DNA of 64,000 nucleotides from NCBI GenBank assembly GCA_047602405.1, contig JASGHJ010000002.1, positions 2,720,001-2,784,000 on the forward strand. Direction: 5' to 3'. A program made the position numbers and the translations under genes. Shown piece after piece: positions 18,092-27,651 of the stretch (position 1 is its first letter; the number at the start of each line of letters is the position of its first letter). The notes beneath the pieces are model-generated. The model ran no database searches. It worked only from the letters and a program-made list of their open reading frames with translations, and was not told where the DNA came from. This DNA is from Anaeromyxobacteraceae bacterium. Its GTDB lineage: Bacteria; Myxococcota; Myxococcia; Myxococcales; Anaeromyxobacteraceae.

Positions 18092-18993
18092 CCGCGCTCG
18101 CCGCCGCCCTCGCGCTGTCCCTGGCCGCCGCGCCGGGGCCCGCGCCGGGCTGCCCGGCGGCGCTCGCGGCCGCCGGCGCGCTCGACGACCACGGCCTCGC
18201 GGAGGACGCGCCCGGGCTCGTCGCGCGGCTCCGGCAGGACGGCGGCGGCCGGCCCCTCGCCGCGGTCACCCGTGCCGCGGAGGAGCTCGTCGGGGCCCAC
18301 GCCGGCGGCGTCGCCCTGGAGGGCCCGGCGCGCCGCCTGCGCGCGGTGCTCGCCGGCCACTGCGCCGCGGCGGCCCTGCCCGCGCTGCCGGAGGCGAGCG
18401 CGCAGGAGCGGGCCGCGCTCGACGCGCTCCTCGCCCGCCCGGAGTTCCGCCGCGCCCGCGCCGACCCCGTCGCGCTCCGGCGCCTGCTCCTCGACGCCTG
18501 GGACTGGATCGTCGAGCGGCTCGGGAGCGCCGAGGCCGAGCGCTGGGCCGGGCTCGGCCGCGCGCTCTTCCTCGGCGCCGCCGCGACCGCGGCCGGGCTC
18601 GCGCTCCTCGGCTGGCGCCGCCGCCGGCGCGGCCGCGAGGTGCCCGCCCCGGCCCACCGGGCCGCCGTCGCGGTGGGCCCGGGGCCCGACCGCGCCCTCG
18701 CGCGCGCGGAGGCCGCCCTCGCGCAGGGAGAGCACGCCGCCGCGGTGCGGGAGGCGATGCTCGCCGCGCTCGCCGCGCTCGAGCGCGCCGGGCGGCTCCC
18801 GCGCGGCCGGGCGCTCACGAACGCCGAGGTGGTCCGGGCCGTCGCCGCGCGCGACCCCGCGCTCGCGGCGCCGCTCGGGCCGCTCGCGCGCCGGTTCGAC
18901 GGCGCGATCTACGGGGGGCGGGCGACCGGGGCGCCCGAGGCGCGCGACGCGGTGGAGCGGGCGCGCGCCATCGACGCGGCGGTGCGGCGGTGA
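18088..18993 (+). CDS. DUF4129 domain protein
   Basis: 'AAAVRE', 'TNAE', 'FDGAIYGGR'; GTGA overlap with the previous gene. Confidence 0.75.
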   Translation: MTALAAALALSLAAAPGPAPGCPAALAAAGALDDHGLAEDAPGLVARLRQDGGGRPLAAVTRAAEELVGAHAGGVALEGPARRLRAVLAGHCAAAALPALPEASAQERAALDALLARPEFRRARADPVALRRLLLDAWDWIVERLGSAEAERWAGLGRALFLGAAATAAGLALLGWRRRRRGREVPAPAHRAAVAVGPGPDRALARAEAALAQGEHAAAVREAMLAALAALERAGRLPRGRALTNAEVVRAVAARDPALAAPLGPLARRFDGAIYGGRATGAPEARDAVERARAIDAAVRR

Positions 18994-20096
18994 GGCGCGG
19001 GCTCGCCGCGGCCGGGATCGTCGCGGCCCTCGCGCTCGTGCTCGCCGGCACCGTGGTGGGCCAGCGCCGGCAGGCCGCGGCCGCGCTCGATCCGCTGCCC
19101 TCGGCCGAGAACACGGGGCCCGCCGGGCTCGCGGCCGCGCGCGCGTTCCTCCTCGGCCGCGGGGTGGCGGCGCCCGTGGTGCGCCCCGGGGACGCGCCGC
19201 CTCCGCCCGGCGAGGGCGTCGTGGTGGTCGCCGCGCCCGCGGCGTCCCTCGACGTCCGGGAGGCCGACGCGCTCCTCGAGCACGCCGCGCGGGGCGGCAC
19301 GCTCGTTCTCGCGGCGGGGCGCGCGCCCCAGCCCGCGCTCGAGGCGCGCCTCGGCGTGCGGTTCGCGCCCGCCCCCGGCGCGCGCATGGCGGTCCCGCTC
19401 GCGCCCCACCCGCTCGTCGAGGGGCTGGTGCTGCCCGTCGGCGAGGGCCAGCTCCTCGTCACCGGCGGCGACGCCCTGCCGATCGCGGGCGTCCGCGACG
19501 CCGTCGCCGCGGCGGCGCTCCGTGTCGGGCGCGGCGAGGTCGTGCTGCTCGCGGGGCCGGAGCCCCTCACGAACGCGCGGCTCGCCCAGGGCGGCGCGCT
19601 CTCTCTCCTGATCCGCCTCGCCGCGCGCGGCCCGGTCGCGCTCGACGAGCGCTGGCTCGAGGCCCGCACCGGCGCTCGCGCGCCGCCCGCCGCGCTGGGC
19701 GCGCTCGCGGGCCAGGCGCTGCTCGCCTTCGGGGCCTACGCGCTCGCGCGCGGGCGCCGCCTCGGCGCGATCCGGCCGCCCCCCGCCGACGGGCGCGGGC
19801 GGACCGCGCGGGATTACCTCCGCGCCCTCGCCGGGCTCTACCGGCGCGCCGCCGCCGAGGGCGAGCTCGCCCGCGCCGCGTGGGCGCGCGCGCGCCGGGA
19901 GCTCGAGCGGAGGGCCGGGATCCCGGCCCGGCTGCCGGACGCCGACGCCGCGCTCCGGCTCGAGGCCCGCTCCCCCGCGGCGGCGGCCGCGTTCGAGCGG
20001 GGTCGCACCGCCCTGGCGAGGCAACCCGGACCGGACGCGCTCCTCGCGGTCGTGCGTGCGTGCGCCGATCTGGACGACGCCCTTCGCGGTAAGTGA
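18990..20096 (+). CDS. DUF4350 domain protein
   Basis: 'NTGPAG', 'GGTLVL', 'LTNARL', 'RGRRLG', 'ALAGLYRRA'; operon context. Confidence 0.75.
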   Translation: MRRGLAAAGIVAALALVLAGTVVGQRRQAAAALDPLPSAENTGPAGLAAARAFLLGRGVAAPVVRPGDAPPPPGEGVVVVAAPAASLDVREADALLEHAARGGTLVLAAGRAPQPALEARLGVRFAPAPGARMAVPLAPHPLVEGLVLPVGEGQLLVTGGDALPIAGVRDAVAAAALRVGRGEVVLLAGPEPLTNARLAQGGALSLLIRLAARGPVALDERWLEARTGARAPPAALGALAGQALLAFGAYALARGRRLGAIRPPPADGRGRTARDYLRALAGLYRRAAAEGELARAAWARARRELERRAGIPARLPDADAALRLEARSPAAAAAFERGRTALARQPGPDALLAVVRACADLDDALRGK

Positions 20097-20184
20097 CAAA
20101 CCCACATCCACATCGCCTTTACCCTGGGAGCGGTGGGCGCTAGGTTGAGCGCTCATCCTCGCGCACCGGGAGAAGACGAAGACC

Positions 20185-20928
20185 ATGAACGGCCGTCGCC
20201 TGCCCAGCCTCGAGAAGCCCTGCCTCGAGAAGCCCTGCCTCGAGAAGCGCCGCCTCGAGAAGCTCCGCCTCGGCAAGCTCGCCCTCGCCGGTGCCCTCGT
20301 GGCCCTCGCCGGCTGCCCCTCCATCTCCACGATGGGGACGGCGCGCACGATCCCGGAGGGGACCTACCAGTACTACGTGGCCCCCGGCGTGAGCTCGCTC
20401 GGCGACTTCTCCGTCGGTGAAGGCGGAGCCCCCGCCTCCGACCGGCTGCCCGGCCTCGAGATGGGCGCGCGGTACGGCGTCTCGGACAGGGTCGAGGTCG
20501 GCGGCAAGATCTTCCCGGTCGGTTACGAGGTGAGCTCGAAGCTCCAGGTGCTCCGGTCGCGCTCCGCCGACCGGGGCCTCGACCTCGCCGTGGCGCCCGC
20601 CCTCTCGATCTATCCCTGGTCGAAGGGCGCCTTCGGCTGGGCGCACCTCTCGGTGCCGGTCGGCTTCAACGCGGGCGGCGGCAACCAGCTCGTGCTCTCG
20701 CCGCGCGCCTCCGGCCTCCTCGTGAGGTCGAAGGACGGCACCGGCAAGGTGTTCTTCGCCGGCGCGTCGATGGGGTTCGCGTTCCGCGTGGCCGGCGTGC
20801 GGCTCCTGCCGGAGATCTCGGCGCTCGTGCCGCTGTCGCGCTCGCTCCCGACCGACGTCGAGGCGAAGTTCGCGCTCAAGGGGCCGGTGTTCCAGGCCGG
20901 GCTGGGGTTCCTGTTCGGGGACGAGTGA
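20185..20928 (+). CDS. Putative lipoprotein / beta-barrel outer-membrane protein
   Basis: Lipobox LAGC; 'TARTIPEG', 'RYGVSDRVEVG'; amphipathic strands ending 'AGLGFLF'. Confidence 0.7.
   Translation: MNGRRLPSLEKPCLEKPCLEKRRLEKLRLGKLALAGALVALAGCPSISTMGTARTIPEGTYQYYVAPGVSSLGDFSVGEGGAPASDRLPGLEMGARYGVSDRVEVGGKIFPVGYEVSSKLQVLRSRSADRGLDLAVAPALSIYPWSKGAFGWAHLSVPVGFNAGGGNQLVLSPRASGLLVRSKDGTGKVFFAGASMGFAFRVAGVRLLPEISALVPLSRSLPTDVEAKFALKGPVFQAGLGFLFGDE
20208..20282 (+). repeat. 15-bp in-frame tandem repeat x5 (LEKPC-LEKPC-LEKRR-LEKLR-LGKLA)
   Basis: CCTCGAGAAG-type units at 20208, 20223, 20238, 20253 and (degenerate) 20268. Confidence 0.85.
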
Positions 20929-20949
20929 CCCTGCGGGCGTGGTAGACCC

Positions 20950-21900
20950 GTGCCTATGGCCACCCCGGGCGCGGACACCCTCACGGACGAGATCGCGAAG
21001 GCCGTCGTCGGGCAGCGGGAGCCCGTGGAGCAGCTCCTCTGGGCGCTCGTCGCCGGCGGCCACGTGCTGCTCGAGGGCGTGCCCGGCGTCGCGAAGACGC
21101 TGCTCGCGAAGGCGCTCGCGCGGGCCCTCGACCTGAAGTTCGGCCGGATCCAGTTCACGCCGGACCTCATGCCCGCCGACATCCTCGGCACGAGCGTCTA
21201 CCGCGCCCAGACCGGCGAGTTCGAGCTGAGGCGCGGCCCCATCTTCACCGAGGTGCTGCTCGCCGACGAGGTGAACCGCACGCCGCCGAAGACGCAGGCC
21301 GCGCTCCTCGAGGCGATGGAGGAGCGGCAGGTCACGCTCGACGGCGGGCGCGAGGCCCTGCCGGCGGGGTTCTTCGTCATCGCGACGCAGAACCCGGTGG
21401 AGTACGAGGGCACCTACCCGCTCCCGGAGGCGCAGACCGACCGCTTCCTCATGAAGGTGCGCGTCGACTACCCCGCCGCCGATGACGAGCGGGAGATCCT
21501 CCGCCGCGCCGCCGCGGGCTTCGACGGCCACGACCTCGACGCCGCCGGCGTCCGCCCGGTGCTCGACCGCGCCGGCCTCGGGGCGCTGCGCGCGCGAGCC
21601 CGCGCCGTGCCGGTCGCGCCGCCCGTGCTCGAGTACGTCGCCCGGCTCGTGCGCGCGAGCCGCGAGCTGCCCCGCGTGCGCCTGGGGGCGAGCCCGCGCG
21701 CCGGCGTGGCGCTGCTCGCCGCCGCGCGCGCCCGGGCCGCGCTCGCGGGCGCGGAGTGGCTCTCGCCCGACGACGTGAAGACCGCGGCCCTCCCGGTGCT
21801 CCGGCACCGGCTCGTGCTCCGGCCCGAGGCCGAGCTCGAGGGCGCGACGCCGGACGACGCCGTGCGCGACCTCACCGAGGCCGTCGAGGTCCCGCGGTAG
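20950..21900 (+). CDS. moxR: MoxR family AAA+ ATPase
   Basis: '[13 protein letters not shown]', '[13 protein letters not shown]', 'LADEVNR', '[22 protein letters not shown]'. Confidence 0.93.
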   Translation: MPMATPGADTLTDEIAKAVVGQREPVEQLLWALVAGGHVLLEGVPGVAKTLLAKALARALDLKFGRIQFTPDLMPADILGTSVYRAQTGEFELRRGPIFTEVLLADEVNRTPPKTQAALLEAMEERQVTLDGGREALPAGFFVIATQNPVEYEGTYPLPEAQTDRFLMKVRVDYPAADDEREILRRAAAGFDGHDLDAAGVRPVLDRAGLGALRARARAVPVAPPVLEYVARLVRASRELPRVRLGASPRAGVALLAAARARAALAGAEWLSPDDVKTAALPVLRHRLVLRPEAELEGATPDDAVRDLTEAVEVPR

Positions 21901-21913
21901 CCGGGCGCCCGGC

Positions 21914-23219
21914 ATGCCGGTCCCCACGCCACGCACCGCGCTCCTCCTCGCGCTCGGGGGCGCCCTCGCCGTCGCGGCGGCCGGCGCGCCGTGGCTCGCG
22001 TGGGCGCTCGCCGCGCTCGACGCGGCCGTGCTCGCCCTCGCGCTCGCCGACGCCTGGCGGGCGCCGCGCGCGGAGGCGTTCCGCGCGGCGCGGCGGGTGC
22101 GCGAGCCGCTCTCGGCGTTCGCCCCGAACCGGGTCGAGCTCGCGATCGAGCACCTCGGCCCCCGCGCCGTCCGGCTCGAGCTCGCCGACGCGCCCCCGGC
22201 CAGCTTCGACGCCACCGGCCACCGCGCCCGGCTCGTGCTCCCGGCCGGCGCGACGGCGACCCTCGCCTACGACGCCGTCCCGCGCGCCCGCGGCGCCGCG
22301 CGCTTCGGGGACCTGCACCTCCGCGCGCTTGGGCCGCTCGGCCTCGCGGCCCGCCCCGTCCTGCTCCCGCTCGCGCGCGACGTGCGCGTCTACCCGGACC
22401 TGCGCGCGCTCGCGGCGCTCCCCGGCGCCGAGGCCGCGGAGCCCGGGCGCCACCGCGTGCGCGGCCACCGCGAGGGGCGCGAGTTCGAGTCGCTCCGGCC
22501 GTACCTCTCCGGCGACGACCTCCGCTCGGTCGACTGGAAGGCGACCGCCCGCCGGGGCGCGCCGGTCGTGAGGGCCTGGCAGCCGGAGCGGAACCAGACC
22601 GTGTGGCTGCTCGTCGACGAGGGGCGGCTCCTCTCCGCGCGGCTCGCCGACGGCCGGACCAAGCTCGACCACGCCGTGGACGCCGCCCTCGCGCTCGCGC
22701 GCGCGGCCTCGCGCCGGGGCGACCGGGCCGGGGCGGTGCCTCTTCGGGGCGGAGGTCGAGCGGGTCGTGCCGCCGGGCTCCGGCCGCGGGCAGCTCGGGC
22801 CGCTCGCCGAGGCGCTGCACGCCGCCGAGGCGCGGATCGAGGAGTCGGACTACGGCGCCGCGTTCGACGCGCTCGCCGCGCGCCAGCGCCGCCGCGCGCT
22901 CGTCGTGCTGTTCACCGACCTCGCCGATCCCGACACGAGCGCCGCGCTGCTCGCCCGGGCGGCGCTGCTCCGCCGCACGCACCTCGTCCTCGTCGCGGCC
23001 GTCTCCGACTCCGAGGTCGCCGACGCGGCCCGGACCCGGCCCGCGTCCGCCGACGAGGCGTACGCCCGGCTCGCCGCGGAGCGGATCCTGGACGAGCGGG
23101 AGGCGGCGCGGTCCCGCCTCGCCGCCGCCGGGGTCCGGGTGGTGTCGGTGCCGGCCCGGGAGCTCGCCGCCGCCGCCGTGGGCGGGTACCTCGAGGCGAA
23201 GGCCACCGGCGCCCTGTGA
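21914..23219 (+). CDS. DUF58 domain protein; apparent +1 frameshift at about 22740
   Basis: 'EFESLRPY..GDDLRSVDWKATAR'; removing one C in GCCTCTTC (22738-22745) joins the C-terminus 'ALVVLFTDL...YLEAKA'. Confidence 0.85.
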
Positions 23220-23342
23220 CGCGCCGGGACGTACCTCGGGCGCGCGACCGTTGACCGCAGCCGGCTGGGGTCACGAACGCAGGACGGCTTGCTCCCTCCC
23301 ATCTGCCGTGTTAACCGACCCGCTCTCCCGGAGGGCTTTCCC

Positions 23343-25547
23343 TTGAAGAGACTCGTCTCTCTCGCCGTCCTCGCCGCCGCGTCCGTCACACGCGCCGAGG
23401 AGGGCATGTGGATGCCGCAGCAGATCCCCGACCTCGCCGGCCGCCTGCAGACGCTCGGGTTCAAGGGCGACGCGAAGGCCTTCGCCGACCTGACCGGCCA
23501 GCCGATGGGCGCCATCGTGTCGCTCGGCGGCTGCTCGGCGTCCTTCGTGTCGCCGGACGGCCTCATCGCCACGAACCACCACTGCATCCAGGGCGCGCTC
23601 CAGTACAACTCGACGCCCGAGCGCGACCTCGTGGAGGACGGCTACGTCGCCCGCAGCCGCGACGAGGAGCTCTCCAACGGGCCCGGCTCGCGCGTCTACG
23701 TGACCGTCTCCGTGAAGGAGGTCACCGACGAGGTCGTGGGCAAGCTCGACCCGCGCATGGACGACGTCGCGCGCGCGAAGCTCGTCGAGAAGCGGGTCAA
23801 GGACGAGACCGGCAAGTGCGAGAAGATGGGGCTGCGCTGCACGGTGGCCTCCTTCTTCGAGGGCGCCCGGTACTTCGCCATCGGCCAGCAGGAGATCGAG
23901 GACGTCCGGCTCGTCTACGCGCCGCAGAACAACGTCGGCAACTTCGGCGGCGAGGTCGACAACTGGATGTGGCCGCGCCACTCCGGCGACTTCTCGCTCT
24001 ACCGCGCCTACGTCGGCAAGGACGGGAAGTCGAGGCCGTTCTCGAAGGAGAACGTCCCCTACCGCCCGGCGCATCATCTCCCGGTGAACACCGGGGGCAT
24101 CTCCCCCGGCGAGCTCGCGCTCGTGGCCGGCTACCCGGGCCGCACCTACCGCCTCCAGACCGTGGCCGAGGTGAAGGACATGGTGGAGTGGGCCTACCCG
24201 CGCACCGTGAGGCGCTACGGCGACATGCTCGCGATCCTCGCCGACCTCTCGGCGAAGAGCCGCGCCACCGGCATCAAGGTGACGACCCGCGTCCGGGGCC
24301 TCGCGAACACCATGAAGAAGATGAAGGGCGTCCTCGAGGGCGCCGGGCGCCTCGGCATCCTCGGGGAGCTCGCCGGCGAGGAGAAGGCGCTCCAGGCGTG
24401 GATCGACGCCGACGGCCGGCGGAAGAAGGAGTGGGGCGACGTCATCGCGAAGATCGACGCCATCCAGGCGAAGCGCGCCGAGACCCGGGAGCGCGACGCG
24501 CTCCTCGTGGAGCTCCTGCCGCCGGGCGGCCGCTCCGCCTCGTTCATGAGCACCGCGCGCACGCTCTGGAAGATGGCCGACGAGCGCCCGAAGCCGGACG
24601 CCGAGCGCCAGCCGGAGTTCATGCAGCGCAACTGGGCGCGGCTGAAGGAGGGGCTCGAGCGGCTCGACCGCTCCCTCGACGTCGGCGCCGACCGCGCGCT
24701 CCTGCGCTACACGCTCGCCGACGTCGCCGCGCTGCCGGCCACGAGCCGGATCCCGGCCGTGGACGCGGCCATCGGCCTCGCGCCCGGCATGGCCAGGGAC
24801 GAGGCGGCGAAGAAGATCGACGCCTTCCTCGACGGCCTCTACGCCTCGACGAAGCTCGGCGACAAGGCCACCCGCCTCGAGCTCTTCGAGAAGGCGAGCC
24901 GGAAGGACCTGCAGGGCTCGACCGACGGCTTCGTGAAGCTCGCCATCGCGCTCGCGCCGATGGAGAAGGAGCTCGAGACCCAGAAGTACGCCCGCGAGGG
25001 CGCGCGCTCCCGCTGTGCGCCGCTCTACGCGAAGGCGCGGCTCGCGAAGGCGGGCGGGCTGCTCTCGCCCGACGCGAACTCCACGCTGCGCGTCACCTAC
25101 GGCCTCGTCGAGGGCGTCGTGCCGCGTGACGGCATGGTCTACGTGCCCCAGACCCGGCTCGCCGGCGTGATGGAGAAGCACAAGGCCGGCGACGCCGAGT
25201 TCGACGTCCCCGCGCCGGTGCGCGAGGCCATCAAGGCCCAGGAGGCCGCCGGCAAGGGCCCGTGGGTCGACCCGAAGCTCGGCGACGTCCCCGTGAACGC
25301 GCTCGCGTCGGTGGACATCACCGGCGGCAACTCCGGCTCCGCCGTGATGAACGGCAAGGGCGAGTTCGTCGGGCTCATGTTCGACGGGACGTGGGAGTCG
25401 ATCACGAGCGACCTCAAGTTCGACCCCGCCTCGACCCGGTCGATCTTCGTCGACGTCCGGTACCTCCTCTGGTCCCTGCAGAACGTCGCGAAGGCGACGA
25501 ACCTGCTCGAGGAGCTCGGCGTGAAGGCGGGGGCGGCGGGGAACTAG
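23343..25547 (+). CDS. S46 family dipeptidyl peptidase (DPP7/DPP11-like)
   Basis: 'EEGMWMP', 'TNHHC', 'DNWMWPRHSGDF', catalytic 'DITGGNSGS'. Confidence 0.92.
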   Translation: MKRLVSLAVLAAASVTRAEEGMWMPQQIPDLAGRLQTLGFKGDAKAFADLTGQPMGAIVSLGGCSASFVSPDGLIATNHHCIQGALQYNSTPERDLVEDGYVARSRDEELSNGPGSRVYVTVSVKEVTDEVVGKLDPRMDDVARAKLVEKRVKDETGKCEKMGLRCTVASFFEGARYFAIGQQEIEDVRLVYAPQNNVGNFGGEVDNWMWPRHSGDFSLYRAYVGKDGKSRPFSKENVPYRPAHHLPVNTGGISPGELALVAGYPGRTYRLQTVAEVKDMVEWAYPRTVRRYGDMLAILADLSAKSRATGIKVTTRVRGLANTMKKMKGVLEGAGRLGILGELAGEEKALQAWIDADGRRKKEWGDVIAKIDAIQAKRAETRERDALLVELLPPGGRSASFMSTARTLWKMADERPKPDAERQPEFMQRNWARLKEGLERLDRSLDVGADRALLRYTLADVAALPATSRIPAVDAAIGLAPGMARDEAAKKIDAFLDGLYASTKLGDKATRLELFEKASRKDLQGSTDGFVKLAIALAPMEKELETQKYAREGARSRCAPLYAKARLAKAGGLLSPDANSTLRVTYGLVEGVVPRDGMVYVPQTRLAGVMEKHKAGDAEFDVPAPVREAIKAQEAAGKGPWVDPKLGDVPVNALASVDITGGNSGSAVMNGKGEFVGLMFDGTWESITSDLKFDPASTRSIFVDVRYLLWSLQNVAKATNLLEELGVKAGAAGN

Positions 25548-25573
25548 CCGGCCGTCGGTCGCCGATGGTTTCG

Positions 25574-25607
25574 AGGGGCGCCGTCCGAGAGGGCGGCGCC
25601 CTTCTTC
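25574..25607 (+). terminator. Rho-independent terminator of the S46 peptidase gene
   Basis: AGGGGCGCCGTCC-GAGA-GGGCGGCGCCCTT hairpin followed by a pyrimidine tail. Confidence 0.7.
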
Positions 25608-25628
25608 ATGGGCGCCGGGGCCGCCGTA

Positions 25629-25730
25629 TTGACGGTCGGTGAATATCGAGGCGCAACGGGCGGTTGCGCGGGATAATTCGGCAGTTCAGCCGGCTGAACT
25701 GCGGCTCGAGGATGGGCTTCGGTCGGGACG
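25629..25730 (+). ncRNA. Candidate structured ncRNA / hairpin element, copy 1
   Basis: Three consecutive hairpins; ungapped 76/102-nt match (hand count) to 25858-25959 with compensatory changes. Confidence 0.5.
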
Positions 25731-25857
25731 TCGGAACACCGCGCCGGCCACGGGCGGCGGGCACGGCCCGCTGCGCAGCGTGTTCACGCCCGGGGCAGAG
25801 GGAGAGTGGGTCGAGCTTACGCCCGGTTCGCCGGGTCGATGCATGGACGGACGGCCG

Positions 25858-25959
25858 TTGACTCACCGTGACTATCCAGTCGTGACGGGCGGTTACGCGG
25901 AACAATTCGCTGGTTCAAGCGCTTGAACCAAGCCCGGAGGAGGGGCTTCGGTCGGGACG
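25858..25959 (+). ncRNA. Candidate structured ncRNA / hairpin element, copy 2
   Basis: Same three-hairpin layout as copy 1, 229 nt downstream. Confidence 0.5.
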
Positions 25960-26196
25960 GTTTTCCCTACTGGCAGGGATACCGCATATCGGCGGCCAAC
26001 CTGCCGTGACCACTTGGTTTGACAGTTGGAGCGGAGCGCCCGCCACACGAGCGTGATGCCGATGGCGGCAATGCCCAGGCCTGCAGGCCCGAGCAGCGAG
26101 CCCTGGGCGGACCCCCACCAGAGGAGTCCGCCCAAGATGATCAGGCCGGGCGCGTGGCCCGCAGGGCGGAAGGGCGGGCGGCCCGCGGCCGCCAAG

Positions 26197-26457
26197 CTAC
26201 CCTTCCCTCCCCCCGCACTGACAGGCCTCGTCCCTCCCGGCCAGCACCTCCAGGATCCTGGCGCGGCCGCAGGCGGTGCAGACGGTCGCGAGGTGGACCA
26301 CCATCGCCCCCGCGACGAGCAGGCCGCAGGCGATCCACTCGAGCGCCCAGAGCGACGCGAGCGTCGAGACGAGCCCCAGCGCGCCGGCGGCGAGGAGCGC
26401 GCGGGTGCCCCAGCGGAGCTGGAGGGCGCGGGTGGCAGGGACGAGGCGGGCGTTCAC
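26197..26457 (-). CDS. Small membrane protein with CxxC/CxC motifs
   Basis: GAGGAGG RBS, two hydrophobic segments, 'CTACG...CQCG'. Confidence 0.55.
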   Translation of the reverse strand: MNARLVPATRALQLRWGTRALLAAGALGLVSTLASLWALEWIACGLLVAGAMVVHLATVCTACGRARILEVLAGRDEACQCGGREG

Positions 26458-26469
26458 GTGGGTCCTCCT

Positions 26470-27651
26470 CTACGCCTTGTCGAAGAGCAGCTTCCCGCCC
26501 TCGAAGAGGCGGGAGGCGACGCGCACCAGGACGATGGCGAGCACGAGGCTCGCGGCCATGGCCATCGCGGCGTCCTGGAAGGCGACCTGCTCGCCGCGGA
26601 GCAGCCGCACCATCACGAGCTGCTCGCCGAGCGCCGGGGTGAGCTTCATCCAGAGCTTCTCCTTCACCGGCGTCATGGCGAGCACGAAGCCGGGGATGGC
26701 CGGGACGAGCATGAGGAAGCTCATCGTGCTCTGCGCCGCCCGGAACGAGCGCGCCCGGGCCGCCACGACGACCATGAGGGCGTTCGCCGCGAGGAGCAGC
26801 GGGATGCAGAGCAGGAAGAGCTGCAGCACCACCGCGGGGTCGAGCTTGAACGAGAGCCCGAGCGTCTCGATGGGCGCGATGACCGGCAGCAGCGCGAAGC
26901 CGACGGAGGTCTCGGCGAGGGCGATGAGCGAGAAGGTCGAGGAGGTCGCGATCTTCCCGAGCACGAGCGCCTGGCGCGGCACCGGGTTCGCGAGGAGCGG
27001 CTCGAGCGAGAGCCGCTCCCGCTCGCCGGCGGTCATGTCGATCGCCGTCGACATGCCCCCGATGAAGATCGCGAGCACGAGGAAGTACGGCATCACGCTG
27101 AAGAGCATGGCCGCCCGGCTCTCGGCGGTGGAGACGTCCACCTTCTCGATGGCGAGCGGCTCCACCACGGCGGGGTGCACGCCGCGCATGATGAGGCGCT
27201 GGGCGCCGGTGAGCCGGCCCCACAGCTCGAGCCGGTCCTCGAGCCGGTCGGCGGTGACCTTGGCCGCCCGGCGCGACTCGTCGACGTAGAGCCGGACCGG
27301 CGCGGGCTTCCCCTCGCGGAGGTTCTCGGCGAACGTCTCCGGGATCGCGAGCACCACGTCCACGTCGCCGGCGCGGACCGCCTTCTCCGGCTCGGCGGGC
27401 GGGGCGACGGGGTCGAGCCCGCCCTCGCGCAGGAACGCGACGAGCTGCGGCGCGCGCTCGGGGTTCACGACCGGGAGCTTCACCGCGTCCTCGATCGCCG
27501 ACTTCACGTCCTTCGTGACGAGCGAGAAGGACCCGGCCATCACGAGCGGGCCCATGAGCGGGAAGATGAGCGCCATCGACAGCGTGCGGCGGTCGCGGAG
27601 CCCGTCCCGGAGCTCCTTCCAGAAGACCGTGCGTGCGAGCTTCCAGGTCAT
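26470..27651 (-). CDS. ABC-2 permease, NatB-like
   Basis: 'WKELRDGLRDRRTL', 'AGERERLSLEPLLANPV', 'VLGK'. Confidence 0.88.
   Translation of the reverse strand: MTWKLARTVFWKELRDGLRDRRTLSMALIFPLMGPLVMAGSFSLVTKDVKSAIEDAVKLPVVNPERAPQLVAFLREGGLDPVAPPAEPEKAVRAGDVDVVLAIPETFAENLREGKPAPVRLYVDESRRAAKVTADRLEDRLELWGRLTGAQRLIMRGVHPAVVEPLAIEKVDVSTAESRAAMLFSVMPYFLVLAIFIGGMSTAIDMTAGERERLSLEPLLANPVPRQALVLGKIATSSTFSLIALAETSVGFALLPVIAPIETLGLSFKLDPAVVLQLFLLCIPLLLAANALMVVVAARARSFRAAQSTMSFLMLVPAIPGFVLAMTPVKEKLWMKLTPALGEQLVMVRLLRGEQVAFQDAAMAMAASLVLAIVLVRVASRLFEGGKLLFDKA

Noticed and set aside
25606..25926. Protein-coding reading of the tandem element (ORFs 25606-25905 minus and 25639-25926 plus)
   Set aside because: Codon usage is atypical, the 229-nt period is not a multiple of three, the equivalent plus frame in copy 2 has a stop, and substitutions track base pairing.
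25629..25959. Tandem glycine or c-di-GMP riboswitch, Pxr sRNA, or integron attC sites
   Set aside because: I could not find the diagnostic motifs by eye; there is no downstream gene on the + strand and no integrase. A formal Rfam search is still needed.
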